Of a DNA stretch of 44,851 nucleotides, positions 16,906-27,593 are shown one piece after another (position 1 is the stretch's first letter; each line of letters opens with the position of its first letter). The notes under the pieces are model-generated. The model was given only the letters and a program-made list of their open reading frames with translations. It did not search any database and was not told the origin of the DNA. This DNA comes from a virus (taxonomy: Duplodnaviria > Heunggongvirae > Uroviricota > Caudoviricetes): positions 1 to 44,851 of IMG/VR virus record IMGVR_UViG_2974654489_000001, one strand, 5' to 3'. Made by a program: the position numbers and the translations under genes.

Positions 16906-19168
16906 TACCGCTAGTTTGATAGTACGAGTATCATCGACCGGCGTCGATAAAACCACATCACAACTGAACGGGCTTACGAAGGCGGCTGGGGCCGCTGCTG
17001 CTGCCGTCGTCAGTCTGGAAACCGCTAAGCAGGTGTTCAGCGCGCTGGTGGACTCTCAGCGCAACTTCGATAAGCTGAATTCCGGCCTCATCACAATGAC
17101 CGGAAGTGCTGAGAACGCGGCTAAGGCTTTCAGCGTCCTGCAACAGTTCGCGAAAGAAACCCCATACGGGCTTAACCAGGCGGTGGAAGGCTTTACTAAG
17201 CTGGTGGCTCTGGGTCTGAATCCCAGCAAAGAAGCGTTAATCTCCTATGGCAACACCGCCGCCGCGATGGGTAAAGACCTTAATCAGATGATTGAGGCCG
17301 TGGCAGACGCCAGTACCTTTGAGTTTGAGCGACTGAAAGAGTTTGGCATCAAGTCGTCACAGCAGGCAGATACAGTGTCGTTCACGTTCCGCGGTGTTAC
17401 CACCACGGTTAAGAAGAACTCCGAAGAGATTCAGAAATACCTGCTAAACATCGGTAACACTGATTTCGCCGGGGCGATGGAAACGCGTTCGAAAACCCTT
17501 GACGGGCAGTTATCGAGCCTCGCGGACTCCTTCGATGGCCTTGTACTTGCGGTAGCGCAATCCGGTTTCGGCGACGCCGTAGGTGAGCAAGCCGCGAAGG
17601 CAGAAGACGCTATTTCGGCACTCACCGACGCCATCGCATCTAATGAGATAGCAGCGACGCTCCAGGATTGGGCGACACTGTTCAATGAATCGTTCAAGTT
17701 TATTTCTGATGCCCTGAATGACCTGGCATTCGATACCGAGGACAAATCCGCGGATATGTCAGACTCGCTGGGGGCTATACCTGATGCAATCCGTGAATGG
17801 TTGCCCGACATTCAGCAGACATTCCATGAGGTTATTGCATGGTTCCAGCGCATTGACGATTATGCGGTAGCGCTTGGCCGGACCCTCGCCGACGTGTTTG
17901 ACCCAAGCAAAACAGCGGCGCTCACATTTAAAAACCTGACCGCAGAGGCAGATGCCGCATACGACGCCAGCATAAAACGCGCAGAGGCAGAATCACAGGC
18001 CATTACCAACAGGTCTAAGCAGCGTAAGAAAGAAATTGAGGAACAGCGCAAGCAGTATAATGAGCGCAAGAAACAAGAAATTGACTTAGCCAGCCTTGTT
18101 AATAACAAGGGTGAAAATGGTGGGACCGGAAACACCAACGACAAAGACGCGAAAGCCGCCGCTAAGAAAGCGGAGCAATTGCGCAAACAGGCACAGGATT
18201 ATCTCGACACTTTGGCCCGTCAGAACAACGACGAGATAAAGGCTATTGACGCGCAGGAACAGCAGAAACTGGCTAAGGCAAAAGAGTTCTACAGCCAGGG
18301 CGCACTGTCACTGAAAGAATACGAGCAAGCAAAAACCGCTATTGTCCTAGAAGCAGGGCAAAAACGACAAGATGAACTGGATAAACGCCAGAAAGAAGCC
18401 CAGGAAAAGCAACAGAAAGGTGACGACTTCATGGCCCAGATTATGGGGCAGAACGCGACTGAGCTTGAGCTTCTCGACATCCAGGAACAGCAGAAGCTGG
18501 CGGTAGCTGATAAGTACCGCGAACAAGGGCTGATTAAAGAGGAACAGTATCAGGCGGCACTTAACGCCATCAACGAGCAGTATGCTACGAAGCGTGCTGA
18601 CGCAACGGCAACCGCCTTTGGTAATATGGCTTCAAACATCGGGGCCGCGTTGGGCGAGGCTTCTGGTGCGTACAAGGCATTCGCTATCGTGCAGGCCACT
18701 ATCGCCACATACACCGCGGCTATTGAGGCGTATAAGTCAACGGCTGCCATCCCTGTAGTCGGCCCGTTCCTGGCTCCTGTAGCTGCCGCCGCTGCCGTTG
18801 GGGCGGGTATGGCGCAGGTTTCCGCTATCAGGTCTGCGCGTGAACAGGGCGGTCAGTTATCTGCAGGGCAGGCTTCCACCATCGCGGAACGCGGTAAACC
18901 GGAAGTTATCATGCCCGCTGGTGCATCGCGCGTACGAACTGCGCAGCAGATGAAAGAAATTATGGGGCAAAACGGGTCTTCTTCCGGCGGTGATAATGTC
19001 ACCATAGTCAACAACACCACAGGGCGTGTGGATTCCGCCGTAACAGAACGTGATGACGAAGGGCGTTTACGTATTATAATCAGTGAAACAGTAGCGTCGC
19101 AGTTACAGGATAACAACTCACCGATTTCTAAAGCTCGCCGCTCTACTCGCGGTCAGCCGGGGTATTAA
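16898..19168 (+). CDS. Tail tape measure protein
   Basis: About 756 aa, alanine- and coiled-coil-rich, hydrophobic segment near C-terminus, follows G/GT; ATG 16898 after GAAGG RBS (track starts TTG 16883). Confidence 0.8.
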   Translation: MADTASLIVRVSSTGVDKTTSQLNGLTKAAGAAAAAVVSLETAKQVFSALVDSQRNFDKLNSGLITMTGSAENAAKAFSVLQQFAKETPYGLNQAVEGFTKLVALGLNPSKEALISYGNTAAAMGKDLNQMIEAVADASTFEFERLKEFGIKSSQQADTVSFTFRGVTTTVKKNSEEIQKYLLNIGNTDFAGAMETRSKTLDGQLSSLADSFDGLVLAVAQSGFGDAVGEQAAKAEDAISALTDAIASNEIAATLQDWATLFNESFKFISDALNDLAFDTEDKSADMSDSLGAIPDAIREWLPDIQQTFHEVIAWFQRIDDYAVALGRTLADVFDPSKTAALTFKNLTAEADAAYDASIKRAEAESQAITNRSKQRKKEIEEQRKQYNERKKQEIDLASLVNNKGENGGTGNTNDKDAKAAAKKAEQLRKQAQDYLDTLARQNNDEIKAIDAQEQQKLAKAKEFYSQGALSLKEYEQAKTAIVLEAGQKRQDELDKRQKEAQEKQQKGDDFMAQIMGQNATELELLDIQEQQKLAVADKYREQGLIKEEQYQAALNAINEQYATKRADATATAFGNMASNIGAALGEASGAYKAFAIVQATIATYTAAIEAYKSTAAIPVVGPFLAPVAAAAAVGAGMAQVSAIRSAREQGGQLSAGQASTIAERGKPEVIMPAGASRVRTAQQMKEIMGQNGSSSGGDNVTIVNNTTGRVDSAVTERDDEGRLRIIISETVASQLQDNNSPISKARRSTRGQPGY

Positions 19169-19171
19169 TTA

Positions 19172-19666
19172 ATGAGCGATTTGAGATTCCCTATGTCCCT
19201 TCGACCTATAGTGTCGAAGGGGTACTCCCAGACCAGGGGGAGTAATATCTGGCGCACTGAGGTTCAGGGCGGCTTACCTCGCCAGGGGCGAGACACGTAC
19301 TTTGAGCCAGTGCCGATTAGCGTTACGCTTGTCGTGTCTTCTCTTGGTCGTCAGGCTTTCTATAGCTTCCTGAACAACATCGACGGCGGGGCGTCCTCGT
19401 TTATCATGCCGCATGATACAGGTATGGGCATCGAGGACCACCAGGTACTCATTACATCGGCGATTAGCGATAGCACCGACGATGGCAAGAACTGGGTAAT
19501 CACGTTCACTGCTACGGCAGAGAGAACCGCGATTCAGGAAGATACATGTCTTACGAAGAATCTGCCTGATTTGTTCGGTTGTTATGGTGATTGCTTAGGC
19601 GGTTTCCTTAAGGCATACGGAGCCGCACAATCAACGTTTCCACGAATTTGGGATCCAATGCAATGA
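19172..19666 (+). CDS. Minor or distal tail protein
   Basis: 164 aa directly after tape measure; positional. Confidence 0.5.
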   Translation: MSDLRFPMSLRPIVSKGYSQTRGSNIWRTEVQGGLPRQGRDTYFEPVPISVTLVVSSLGRQAFYSFLNNIDGGASSFIMPHDTGMGIEDHQVLITSAISDSTDDGKNWVITFTATAERTAIQEDTCLTKNLPDLFGCYGDCLGGFLKAYGAAQSTFPRIWDPMQ

Positions 19667-20178
19667 GCCAGGAATCAGTAGAAGCCGCCTATCGTCGTAA
19701 ACTGGCATCTAACCCAGACGGCGAGATGGATTACATTACTCTTGAAATAACACACCCGCTTCTCTCGAAGCGGTGGTTGCTTGTGCGCGGGACGTCTGAC
19801 CTTACTGCTACGCTTGAGACCGGCGAAACTGTTACGTTCGAGGCCACGCCTATGGACGCCAAGAACGCCGCAAACAATAATGACATGGACCAGACGGCCT
19901 CGTTCTCGCTGCCGGATGTTCTTAACATTCTCGATGAAGAGATGGACCGCATCCCCTACAGCAATACGGAGTTACCTAAATTCATATTCCGCCGTTACGT
20001 AAGCACCGACCTGTCGTACCCGTGCGACGGCCCTGTAGTGTACGAGTTGCAGACGTTGACGCAAGAAAAAGGCGTGTTCACCGCAGAGACCGGAACGCCT
20101 ATGCTCAACCAACGGCAGACCGGAATCCTGATGGCACCAGAAGAAATACCGCTGTTGCGTGGGGTACTTTTGACATGA
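19648..20178 (+). CDS. Minor tail protein
   Basis: 176 aa; alternative ATG 19663 overlaps the upstream stop (ATGA). Confidence 0.45.
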   Translation: MGSNAMSQESVEAAYRRKLASNPDGEMDYITLEITHPLLSKRWLLVRGTSDLTATLETGETVTFEATPMDAKNAANNNDMDQTASFSLPDVLNILDEEMDRIPYSNTELPKFIFRRYVSTDLSYPCDGPVVYELQTLTQEKGVFTAETGTPMLNQRQTGILMAPEEIPLLRGVLLT

Positions 20179-20540
20179 GTATCACTGCCTATACTGGCCT
20201 CCCTTATGACTTCCGTCGTTACAATTGTTGGCATCACGTGCGCAGGGTGCGCGGTGATGTTGGGCTATCTACGCCAGCTTTCGATGTAACCTCCCCGACG
20301 GCTATAGACGCGGCGTTTGACGCAGGCCACTCCAACCCTAAAGGTCTGGAACGCGCCGCCAGTCCGCAGAACTATGACGCTGTGTTGCTTGGCAGCTACC
20401 ACAGAGGACGTGTAGTGTGGCACGCAGGCGTGTATTATGACGGTATGGTAAGCCACTGTGAGTTAGCGTCCAGACAAGTTCGCCTCGACCGCCTGGACGA
20501 TTTACGCGACACATATCAGGAGATTGAATTTTGGCGATAG
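20175..20540 (+). CDS. Putative tail assembly protein with Cys/His peptidase-like motifs
   Basis: 121 aa from ATG 20175 (ATGA overlap); YNCWHHV ... GMVSHCE resembles NlpC/P60-type tail assembly proteins; weak. Confidence 0.4.
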   Translation: MSITAYTGLPYDFRRYNCWHHVRRVRGDVGLSTPAFDVTSPTAIDAAFDAGHSNPKGLERAASPQNYDAVLLGSYHRGRVVWHAGVYYDGMVSHCELASRQVRLDRLDDLRDTYQEIEFWR

Positions 20541-23080
20541 TTATCCACTACACCCGCAACGAAGACGGGACGTTCACACAAAAACGGCATAACGACTCGC
20601 CGCTGAATTTCGTCGTAAACCATATCCCTGATGGTGTGCCGTTTCGCGTTTTCCTCGAAGAGATAGGAGAGGATAACGACGTAACAGAAAATTTCGACGC
20701 GTTAAAACAGGATGCCGTTTTCCACATCCTCGAGGGCGCTGGTGGCGGTGCTATCAAGGGTGTGATGAAAGTGTTCAGCATAATCCTTAAACCGCTGGCT
20801 AAATTACTCACACCCTCAACAAAGGGCGCGTCTAACAATCTCGCTAACCAGCAAGCAGACTCTCCGAACAACAGCCTGACAGACCGGAATAACAAGGCCC
20901 GCCCATACGAGCGAACTTATGACATCTGCGGCCGGGTGCAGACGATACCTAATAACCTTATGACCACCTATAAGGTTTTCGATAATACAGGCCGTATCAT
21001 CGAGTACGGCTACTATGACGCTGGGCGCGGGCATCTCGACGTTAAAGCAGAAGACATCACTGACGGCGACACCAAAGTCCAGGAGATAACCGGAACTTCT
21101 GTCGCCGTGTATGCCCCGTACACATCCCCCAATAACACAAGCTCCCCACAACTTCTTGTCGGCGAACCTATCGACCAAAAGTTGTATATCACTATTGCAT
21201 CTAATGAAGTAGACGGTGCGGTACTGAAAGCTCAAAACGGCATCAGGGTTAACCCCAGCGATACCGGTGAGATTTCATTACAAGGAACAACTGGTGTAGT
21301 TCGGGATGCCACCGGCGACTCCGCTTTCTCTGAGATTCTATCAGTGGGAGACATAGCTATTTTTAACGTTATTCAGGTAAAAGACGTAGCTAACGTAAGC
21401 GGTAACTATACTGTTACCTACGTGGACGACTTTGAGGTGAGAGTAGCCGTCGGAGGGATGTTATCAGAATGGCAGAAATTGCCGTCTGGGTTTACACGTT
21501 TAACACAAGGGACCGACGTATGGATTTCACCATCTAACACCTACGATAAGTCGTTAACAGACTGGACGACGCTTAGCAGACTGCCAGTAGAGCGCATCGT
21601 CGCAAATATCGCCGCCGCTAACGGCATGTATAGAGACAATGGCAGTAAACTAAGGGCCTCTGTCACCGTCGAATTGCAGTACCAGTTACTCGATGACACA
21701 GGAGCGCCCTACGGTCCTGTATACAGTAAACAAGGAACTATATCTGGGCGGTCATCGGATTATACCGGTGTGACAATCTACGCGGACCTGCCGTCGGCGT
21801 CTAATGTTCGTGTACGGGCACGCAGGGTGACAAACCTGGACCTTGATTTTGAGGGTACAGTAGTTGATGAAGTGGCCTATATAAATCTTTACGGGCAATT
21901 AGTTGACCGAACCCCACACTACGGCAACCGTACAACGGTGCATTCTGCGCGTAAGCAGACACCACGGGCCGCAGAGGTTAAACAGCCCCAACTGCGAATG
22001 GTAGTAACTGAGACGGTGTACAAGTACCTAGGCAATGGCGTGTTTGACACAGTTCGCACGCCAAACACGCAAGCGGTACAGTCGCTGATTCGTCTTGCCC
22101 GGGACCCGGAAGTTGGCGCGCTGAACCTGACAACGGCAAACATGGATAGACTGCTGGCCGTGCAGAACGAAATTGAAGGTTATTTCGGGAATGTCGAGGC
22201 GGGGCAATTCTGCTACACATTCGATGACTATAAAACTACTATGCAGGACATAGTAACTACGATAGCGGAAGCAATTTTCTGCACTCCATATCGGAGAGGT
22301 GCCGACATCCTTCTTGACTTTGAACGCCCGCGGATTGGCCCTGAGATGGTATTCACACACCGTAGTAAAACAACAGCTTCAGAAAAGTGGACCAGGACCT
22401 TCAATGACGCCCAGGTATACGACAGTCTCAAGTTCTCTTACATCGACCCTGATACCAATGTGAAAGAGACTATTAGCATTCCAGCCGAAGGTGGTGTTAA
22501 CACTGAAACGTATGACTCTAAAGGTATCCGTAATTATCGACAGGCGTACTGGGCCGCGTACCGCCGTTACCAGAAAAACCTGTTGAAAAAAGTCACGGTG
22601 TCCTTCACCGCTACAGAAGAAGGGATTTTTGCAATGCCTGGGCGTGCGGTAAGTGTGGTGAAAGGTTCTCGCATGGCTCCCCAGGATGGCTATATAATCG
22701 CTGTTAACGGGCTTACGCTTACTCTTTCTCAGCCAGTTACATTTACCCCCGGTGACGACCATTCACTCATCCTTAAGAAGCGTGATGGCGGAGTTCAGAG
22801 TGTTGCAGTTGTGCCGGGAAGTCACGACCGTGAAGTGATTATGTTATCTGCGCCTCAAGAAGCGATTTACACGGGGAATAGCGCACTAAAAACTGAGTTT
22901 TCATTCGGCAACGAAGCAAGGCATAATGCTCAGATGATTCTTGTTTCTACAGTTGACCCCGGGGATGACAGAACAGTTAAGATTACCGGGATTAACTACG
23001 AAGCGGATTTCTATAAATACGACGGCGTCGCGCCTTTCGGCAGCGGTTTCTCCGACGGATTCAGCAACGGTTTTAGTTAA
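20531..23080 (+). CDS. Tail tip / central fibre protein (J-like)
   Basis: 849 aa large tail protein after the distal tail genes; TTG start after AGGAGA RBS; positional. Confidence 0.5.
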   Translation: MAIVIHYTRNEDGTFTQKRHNDSPLNFVVNHIPDGVPFRVFLEEIGEDNDVTENFDALKQDAVFHILEGAGGGAIKGVMKVFSIILKPLAKLLTPSTKGASNNLANQQADSPNNSLTDRNNKARPYERTYDICGRVQTIPNNLMTTYKVFDNTGRIIEYGYYDAGRGHLDVKAEDITDGDTKVQEITGTSVAVYAPYTSPNNTSSPQLLVGEPIDQKLYITIASNEVDGAVLKAQNGIRVNPSDTGEISLQGTTGVVRDATGDSAFSEILSVGDIAIFNVIQVKDVANVSGNYTVTYVDDFEVRVAVGGMLSEWQKLPSGFTRLTQGTDVWISPSNTYDKSLTDWTTLSRLPVERIVANIAAANGMYRDNGSKLRASVTVELQYQLLDDTGAPYGPVYSKQGTISGRSSDYTGVTIYADLPSASNVRVRARRVTNLDLDFEGTVVDEVAYINLYGQLVDRTPHYGNRTTVHSARKQTPRAAEVKQPQLRMVVTETVYKYLGNGVFDTVRTPNTQAVQSLIRLARDPEVGALNLTTANMDRLLAVQNEIEGYFGNVEAGQFCYTFDDYKTTMQDIVTTIAEAIFCTPYRRGADILLDFERPRIGPEMVFTHRSKTTASEKWTRTFNDAQVYDSLKFSYIDPDTNVKETISIPAEGGVNTETYDSKGIRNYRQAYWAAYRRYQKNLLKKVTVSFTATEEGIFAMPGRAVSVVKGSRMAPQDGYIIAVNGLTLTLSQPVTFTPGDDHSLILKKRDGGVQSVAVVPGSHDREVIMLSAPQEAIYTGNSALKTEFSFGNEARHNAQMILVSTVDPGDDRTVKITGINYEADFYKYDGVAPFGSGFSDGFSNGFS

Positions 23081-23092
23081 AGAGGACTCTAT

Positions 23093-25468
23093 ATGTCAAT
23101 CGGATGTGGTGACGTTTTAAGCCTGGTGGATTTGCAAACCGCCAAGAAGCACCAGATTTTCGAAGCCGAGGTTATCACCGGAAAATCCGGTGGTGCTGCA
23201 GGTGGTGCGGATATCGATTACGCGACAAACGCCGTTACGGGGCAGACACAGAAGACGTTACCCGCTGTGTTGCGTGATATGGGCTTCTCCCCCGCATCAT
23301 TTGATTTTACTACAGGAGGTACAGTTACGCAGCGCGACACAGTGGTGTATAACCCCGCTGACAATAACTGGTACTCCTGGTCTGGAACGCTGCCGCGGGT
23401 TGTAGCCGCAGGGACTGACCCCACTACAGACAGTAACTGGAAACCTCGCACAGACCAGTTATTACGGCAAGAATTGGCGTCGGAACAAGCTGGTGTTTCC
23501 GGGGGGACATTGGTCCGTGTAGAGCCTGGAGTGGCTCCTGTGGTATGGGGTGAAAGGTCAGTAAAGAATTTGATATTAGATGGCAAAGCTGGGTTACGTA
23601 AAAACTTTGGCGCACTTGGGGACGGGGGTGCGACTGATGGCGGAGAGAAAGACACCAAAGCGATAGAAGACGCTCATCACGCCATGATGGATGTTCTTTA
23701 TCGCCGCCGCCCGGCTGAGACGGATGAAAGCACAATCAGTTTTATGCTACAAAAAGGCCCAGGCATTCTCTATGAGAATGGTGTGTATAAATATAACGGC
23801 ACCGGTTTAAATATATCGGCAGGGGATACCTTTATTTTAAATGTCAGGGGCGAAAGCGCTTTGGGAACTAAAATACTGTTGCCGGATGGTGTATATCTTT
23901 TCGATTTTGATAACAACCCCGTATACTCTCATTTATCAAACATGACAATTCATGGTGGTCTTGGTGCGGTTAGGTATAAGGCAAAAACGCGAATCACTGG
24001 TGATTTTCACGTATTTAGCGACCTTCGGCTTTCTCGTTTTACCGAGTGCGGAATTAGTAATAATGCAATTGATATGCCTTGCTTTCGGGTGGAGCGTAGT
24101 CGGTTCTACGGTGCTACCGCGTCTCAGCCAATCGGCGTATGCGTCAGCGGTCTTTCAGCCGGTGGGTACATTCGGGATTGCCTTTTTAGCGATTTCAGGT
24201 ACGCCATTAAGTTAGCTGTCGGGGATAACGGTACAGAACGCAACGGCCCCGCCACTCCGTTCAACATCGAAGACAACGACTTCTACCGCACAGGCGCACG
24301 CAGCCCTTCAGCATCTTATGATGTGTGGATCGAGCCTGGGGCAACCACTAACAACGCAGGTCGCGCCATCCGGTTTGCGGGTAATAAGTTCGGGCAAGAA
24401 AACCTGATTACACCCGATGCACATGTGCTCATTGCTGATAGCACTACCGGCAGCGGATTAAACTTAAACGGGGACCGGGCGCATGTCGAAACGCAATCCA
24501 CGGGTTTCGTATCGGGATTGAGATTTGAAGGTAATAACGTTAACTCCAGTAATGCGGGGTATATTGCACCGTTCTTGAGAAGTTTTACACCTAATCTAGG
24601 AAACTGCTATTTTTCTGATATTTATGACAACGATATGCCGTCGCGCATTATTGAGTTTGCAGGCGGGATTACGCAATCACAGGTAACGAATCTTACCCGT
24701 AGTAATGTGTTTAATGCAGGGCAATGCCTGGCATTACAGGAAGGCGGGGAGCCTAAACTCCTTAGCAATTTAAATGGCGTCTTTGGTATCGAAGACCCAT
24801 TGCATTACTATTCTGGGCATCCTCAGTCAACATATTATCCAGTTGGTACTGCTAAGATAGATTTTGTATCACTGTTTTCTGCGGAAACTTCAACGCTAAC
24901 GGTCGCTGACGGCAGTAAAACCGCTGTTCCTTGTTCGTATGGCGCACCTTCCGAAGCAGTGGAGATTACTATGTCTGCGTCAACGGGGCGGTTAATTCAA
25001 ACAGTATCAGGTCTTATCGCCAATAGAAAGGCTTGGTTGGATGTTGAGGTTAAGCGCGGGTCGGCAAATTCAGTGCAAAGCGTAAAAATAGAAATATTAG
25101 ATTCTACAGGCTCGATTATATGGCTTCGTAGAATAATTTTGCTCGACTCCCTGTCAAGGTGGCAAAAAGTAACACTACCGTTTGTGCCATCGGCAGCAGG
25201 TAATTGTATAGTTAGATTCAGCGCAGCAGCTACGTACTCCGCTGGTTCTTCCACTAATTTCATAGTTGGTAATCTTAATGTGTATCATAACGATACGCCT
25301 ATTTCTACAGGACTTAATAGTGGACTAAGTTCTAACTGGGCACGGCAGCACAATATCATGGGTACTATGCACGAATGGTATGATGCTTCTGGTAATAAGA
25401 GAGCTAAGTCAGGTCAACCTCTATCCGATACGGATGGGGTTATAATTAGCGCAAACGTGACACCGTAA
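23093..25468 (+). CDS. Tailspike / receptor-binding protein with beta-helix (pectate-lyase-like) domain
   Basis: 791 aa; FGALGDGGATDG...DTKAIEDA motif typical of right-handed beta-helix depolymerases; last tail gene; AT-rich C-terminal third. Confidence 0.6.
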   Translation: MSIGCGDVLSLVDLQTAKKHQIFEAEVITGKSGGAAGGADIDYATNAVTGQTQKTLPAVLRDMGFSPASFDFTTGGTVTQRDTVVYNPADNNWYSWSGTLPRVVAAGTDPTTDSNWKPRTDQLLRQELASEQAGVSGGTLVRVEPGVAPVVWGERSVKNLILDGKAGLRKNFGALGDGGATDGGEKDTKAIEDAHHAMMDVLYRRRPAETDESTISFMLQKGPGILYENGVYKYNGTGLNISAGDTFILNVRGESALGTKILLPDGVYLFDFDNNPVYSHLSNMTIHGGLGAVRYKAKTRITGDFHVFSDLRLSRFTECGISNNAIDMPCFRVERSRFYGATASQPIGVCVSGLSAGGYIRDCLFSDFRYAIKLAVGDNGTERNGPATPFNIEDNDFYRTGARSPSASYDVWIEPGATTNNAGRAIRFAGNKFGQENLITPDAHVLIADSTTGSGLNLNGDRAHVETQSTGFVSGLRFEGNNVNSSNAGYIAPFLRSFTPNLGNCYFSDIYDNDMPSRIIEFAGGITQSQVTNLTRSNVFNAGQCLALQEGGEPKLLSNLNGVFGIEDPLHYYSGHPQSTYYPVGTAKIDFVSLFSAETSTLTVADGSKTAVPCSYGAPSEAVEITMSASTGRLIQTVSGLIANRKAWLDVEVKRGSANSVQSVKIEILDSTGSIIWLRRIILLDSLSRWQKVTLPFVPSAAGNCIVRFSAAATYSAGSSTNFIVGNLNVYHNDTPISTGLNSGLSSNWARQHNIMGTMHEWYDASGNKRAKSGQPLSDTDGVIISANVTP

Positions 25469-25485
25469 GGTGGGTTAAATAAAAC

Positions 25486-25511
25486 TAAGGCCCCGTTCGG
25501 GGCCTTTTCTC
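25486..25511. terminator. Bidirectional intrinsic terminator (AAGGCCCC-GTTC-GGGGCCTT)
   Basis: GC stem, A tract upstream, T tract downstream, between convergent operons. Confidence 0.7.
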
Positions 25512-25648
25512 TACTCTTCTGGTAGCTTCTCCAGCACAAACGCCAGTTGCGCATTAGCGGCATCTCTCTGTTGTCGTAGTCGTAGAACCTCCTCTTCGAG
25601 TTCCTTGATACGTTTTTGTAATGCCGGAATGGGGGCTATGATGTTCAT
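25511..25648 (-). CDS. Small coiled-coil protein (45 aa)
   Basis: ATGA overlap with upstream gene, GAGGA RBS; below ORF track cutoff. Confidence 0.35.
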   Translation of the reverse strand: MNIIAPIPALQKRIKELEEEVLRLRQQRDAANAQLAFVLEKLPEE

Positions 25649-26160
25649 CTGGTAAATTTCCTCGCAAGATACGTTATTTCTTCTTCACAAAGTTCATCAA
25701 GGTCGTTAGATACAAATCCTCTGGTGAATGTTTTGCTGAACTTTAATCCAGCTTTATCATTGTCGCCCGCGCACACCCAGTCATATGGCAAAAGTGACAT
25801 TTGCTGCCGTAGGTCGGTTGATAAATTCGACCCCAGTGCGCTTACGGCATTGAACCCGCAATTCATCAAGGCTACGGCTTTGAATATGCTTTCGGTAACA
25901 AATACCACCCCGCGCTCCGGCAAATACTCAAGCCCCCATAAACACGGCCTTGTTGTTCGGGTAAAGTACCTCGCGTCTTTAGGGTTTTTACAGTTCTTTT
26001 CCGCATGTGGTTTGTAGTGCTGGTATCCGCGAAGCCTACCGTCAAACCCCCACAGGTAAAACGTAGCTACTCCAGAGCCTAAGACTACACGTAAACGGTC
26101 CGCGTCAAAACCTCGTGACAGCAGATGCGCCTTAAGTAGTAACTCCTCGCAATCCATCAT
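25645..26160 (-). CDS. Toprim-domain protein
   Basis: VVFVTES (Toprim Glu) and CAGDNDKAG (DxD) motifs. Confidence 0.55.
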   Translation of the reverse strand: MMDCEELLLKAHLLSRGFDADRLRVVLGSGVATFYLWGFDGRLRGYQHYKPHAEKNCKNPKDARYFTRTTRPCLWGLEYLPERGVVFVTESIFKAVALMNCGFNAVSALGSNLSTDLRQQMSLLPYDWVCAGDNDKAGLKFSKTFTRGFVSNDLDELCEEEITYLARKFTR

Positions 26161-27593
26161 TTCTTACTCCTTCTCTTCATGTAATTAAGCAATTCTTCCT
26201 GCACCGATCTCTTCTCGTCTGTACGCGCGGCAACAACCTCGTCCAGTGTGTCTTTAGCAACGATGTGATAGAGGAACACTGGTCGCTCGTGGCCCGCCTG
26301 TTTCTGACGGACCGGGCCTATACGCTCCACGACCTGTAAATAGTGCTCAAGGTTCCAGCCTTGCGAGATGAATGCCAGATGATGCCCGCCGTCCTGTAAA
26401 TTCAAACCATGCCCGGCTGACGCAGGGTGCACGCATAGGATTTCGATTTCGCCACGGTTCCACGCTTCCATCTGCTTATTGCCCTTAGCGCCTTTGGCAA
26501 ACGCCCGGGCCTGCGGGAATCGTTTAAGGATGCGCTCCAGTTCGTGCTTAAACTGATAGGCCACCAGTAACGGCGCGCCCTGCAACTCCTCCACAATTGA
26601 CTCAAGCGCATCCAGTTTCGTGTCGTGCACTTTCTCCCAGTCTTTCGTCGCTTCGCCGTCGTCGCCCGTCACATACACGGCACCAGATGCAATCTGCAAA
26701 CACTTCGACGTCTTCGCTGCCGCGTTAGCCGCTTCAACTTCCCCGCTCTCCAGTTCCGCGAATAACTTTTCCTCCATATCGATGTACGCCTGACGTGCTT
26801 TCTTCGGCAGGTCGATTTCAACCGGCACAATAATCGGCGCTTCACAACCAAACCACTCGGCGGCGTCAATCGTCAGGCTGATGTCCTTCATCTTCTGGTG
26901 AATTTCATTATCCGCACCAGGGCGCGCATGATACTCACGTGCCATCGCGGATTTGCCTTTCTGTACCGAGTTAAACCAGCGGTCGGTGAACGCTGTGTAC
27001 GAGGAACCCAGGCGCTCGCCCGCGTCGATAAACCAGTTCTGACCCCACAAGTCTTTGAGGCCGTTCGGCGACGGTGTACCCGTCAGGTTAATGAAACGCT
27101 TAACCTTACCGAATGCCACTTTGCTAAGCGCCTTTGCCCGCTTGCTACCCCCAGAACGGCTGCGGAATGATTTCAGCTTCGTGCTCTCGTCGGCAACGAT
27201 AACGGTAAAAGGCCAGTCGTCTTTGCCGTAGTAGTCGATAAGCCATTCGATAACTTCGTAGTTCGTGCACACCACGTTAGCGTCTGATTCCAGTGCCGCG
27301 ATGCGTCGCTTCTCTGAACCAGTCGCATCTACGACGCTCAGACATGGGAATTGCCATTTCTCTTGTTCTGCGGGCCACGTACCCGACGCAACGCGCAGCG
27401 GGGCGAGGATTAACACTCGGTCGTCATCATTAAGTTGGCCGTTGCGGAACAGTCGGTTTAACACCCACATTGTCGACGAGGTCTTGCCGCCGCCCATACC
27501 GCACCAGATATTGCAACGTGGGTGCTGTAGCATGAACGAAGTCATGAGTTTCTGGTACTCGCGCCTTTTAAACTTAGACATGATTGGCCTCAT
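26157..27593 (-). CDS. SNF2/DEAD-like ATP-dependent helicase
   Basis: Walker A CGMGGGKTSS, motif II VIVADEST, C-terminal helicase domain. Confidence 0.8.
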   Translation of the reverse strand: MRPIMSKFKRREYQKLMTSFMLQHPRCNIWCGMGGGKTSSTMWVLNRLFRNGQLNDDDRVLILAPLRVASGTWPAEQEKWQFPCLSVVDATGSEKRRIAALESDANVVCTNYEVIEWLIDYYGKDDWPFTVIVADESTKLKSFRSRSGGSKRAKALSKVAFGKVKRFINLTGTPSPNGLKDLWGQNWFIDAGERLGSSYTAFTDRWFNSVQKGKSAMAREYHARPGADNEIHQKMKDISLTIDAAEWFGCEAPIIVPVEIDLPKKARQAYIDMEEKLFAELESGEVEAANAAAKTSKCLQIASGAVYVTGDDGEATKDWEKVHDTKLDALESIVEELQGAPLLVAYQFKHELERILKRFPQARAFAKGAKGNKQMEAWNRGEIEILCVHPASAGHGLNLQDGGHHLAFISQGWNLEHYLQVVERIGPVRQKQAGHERPVFLYHIVAKDTLDEVVAARTDEKRSVQEELLNYMKRRSKK

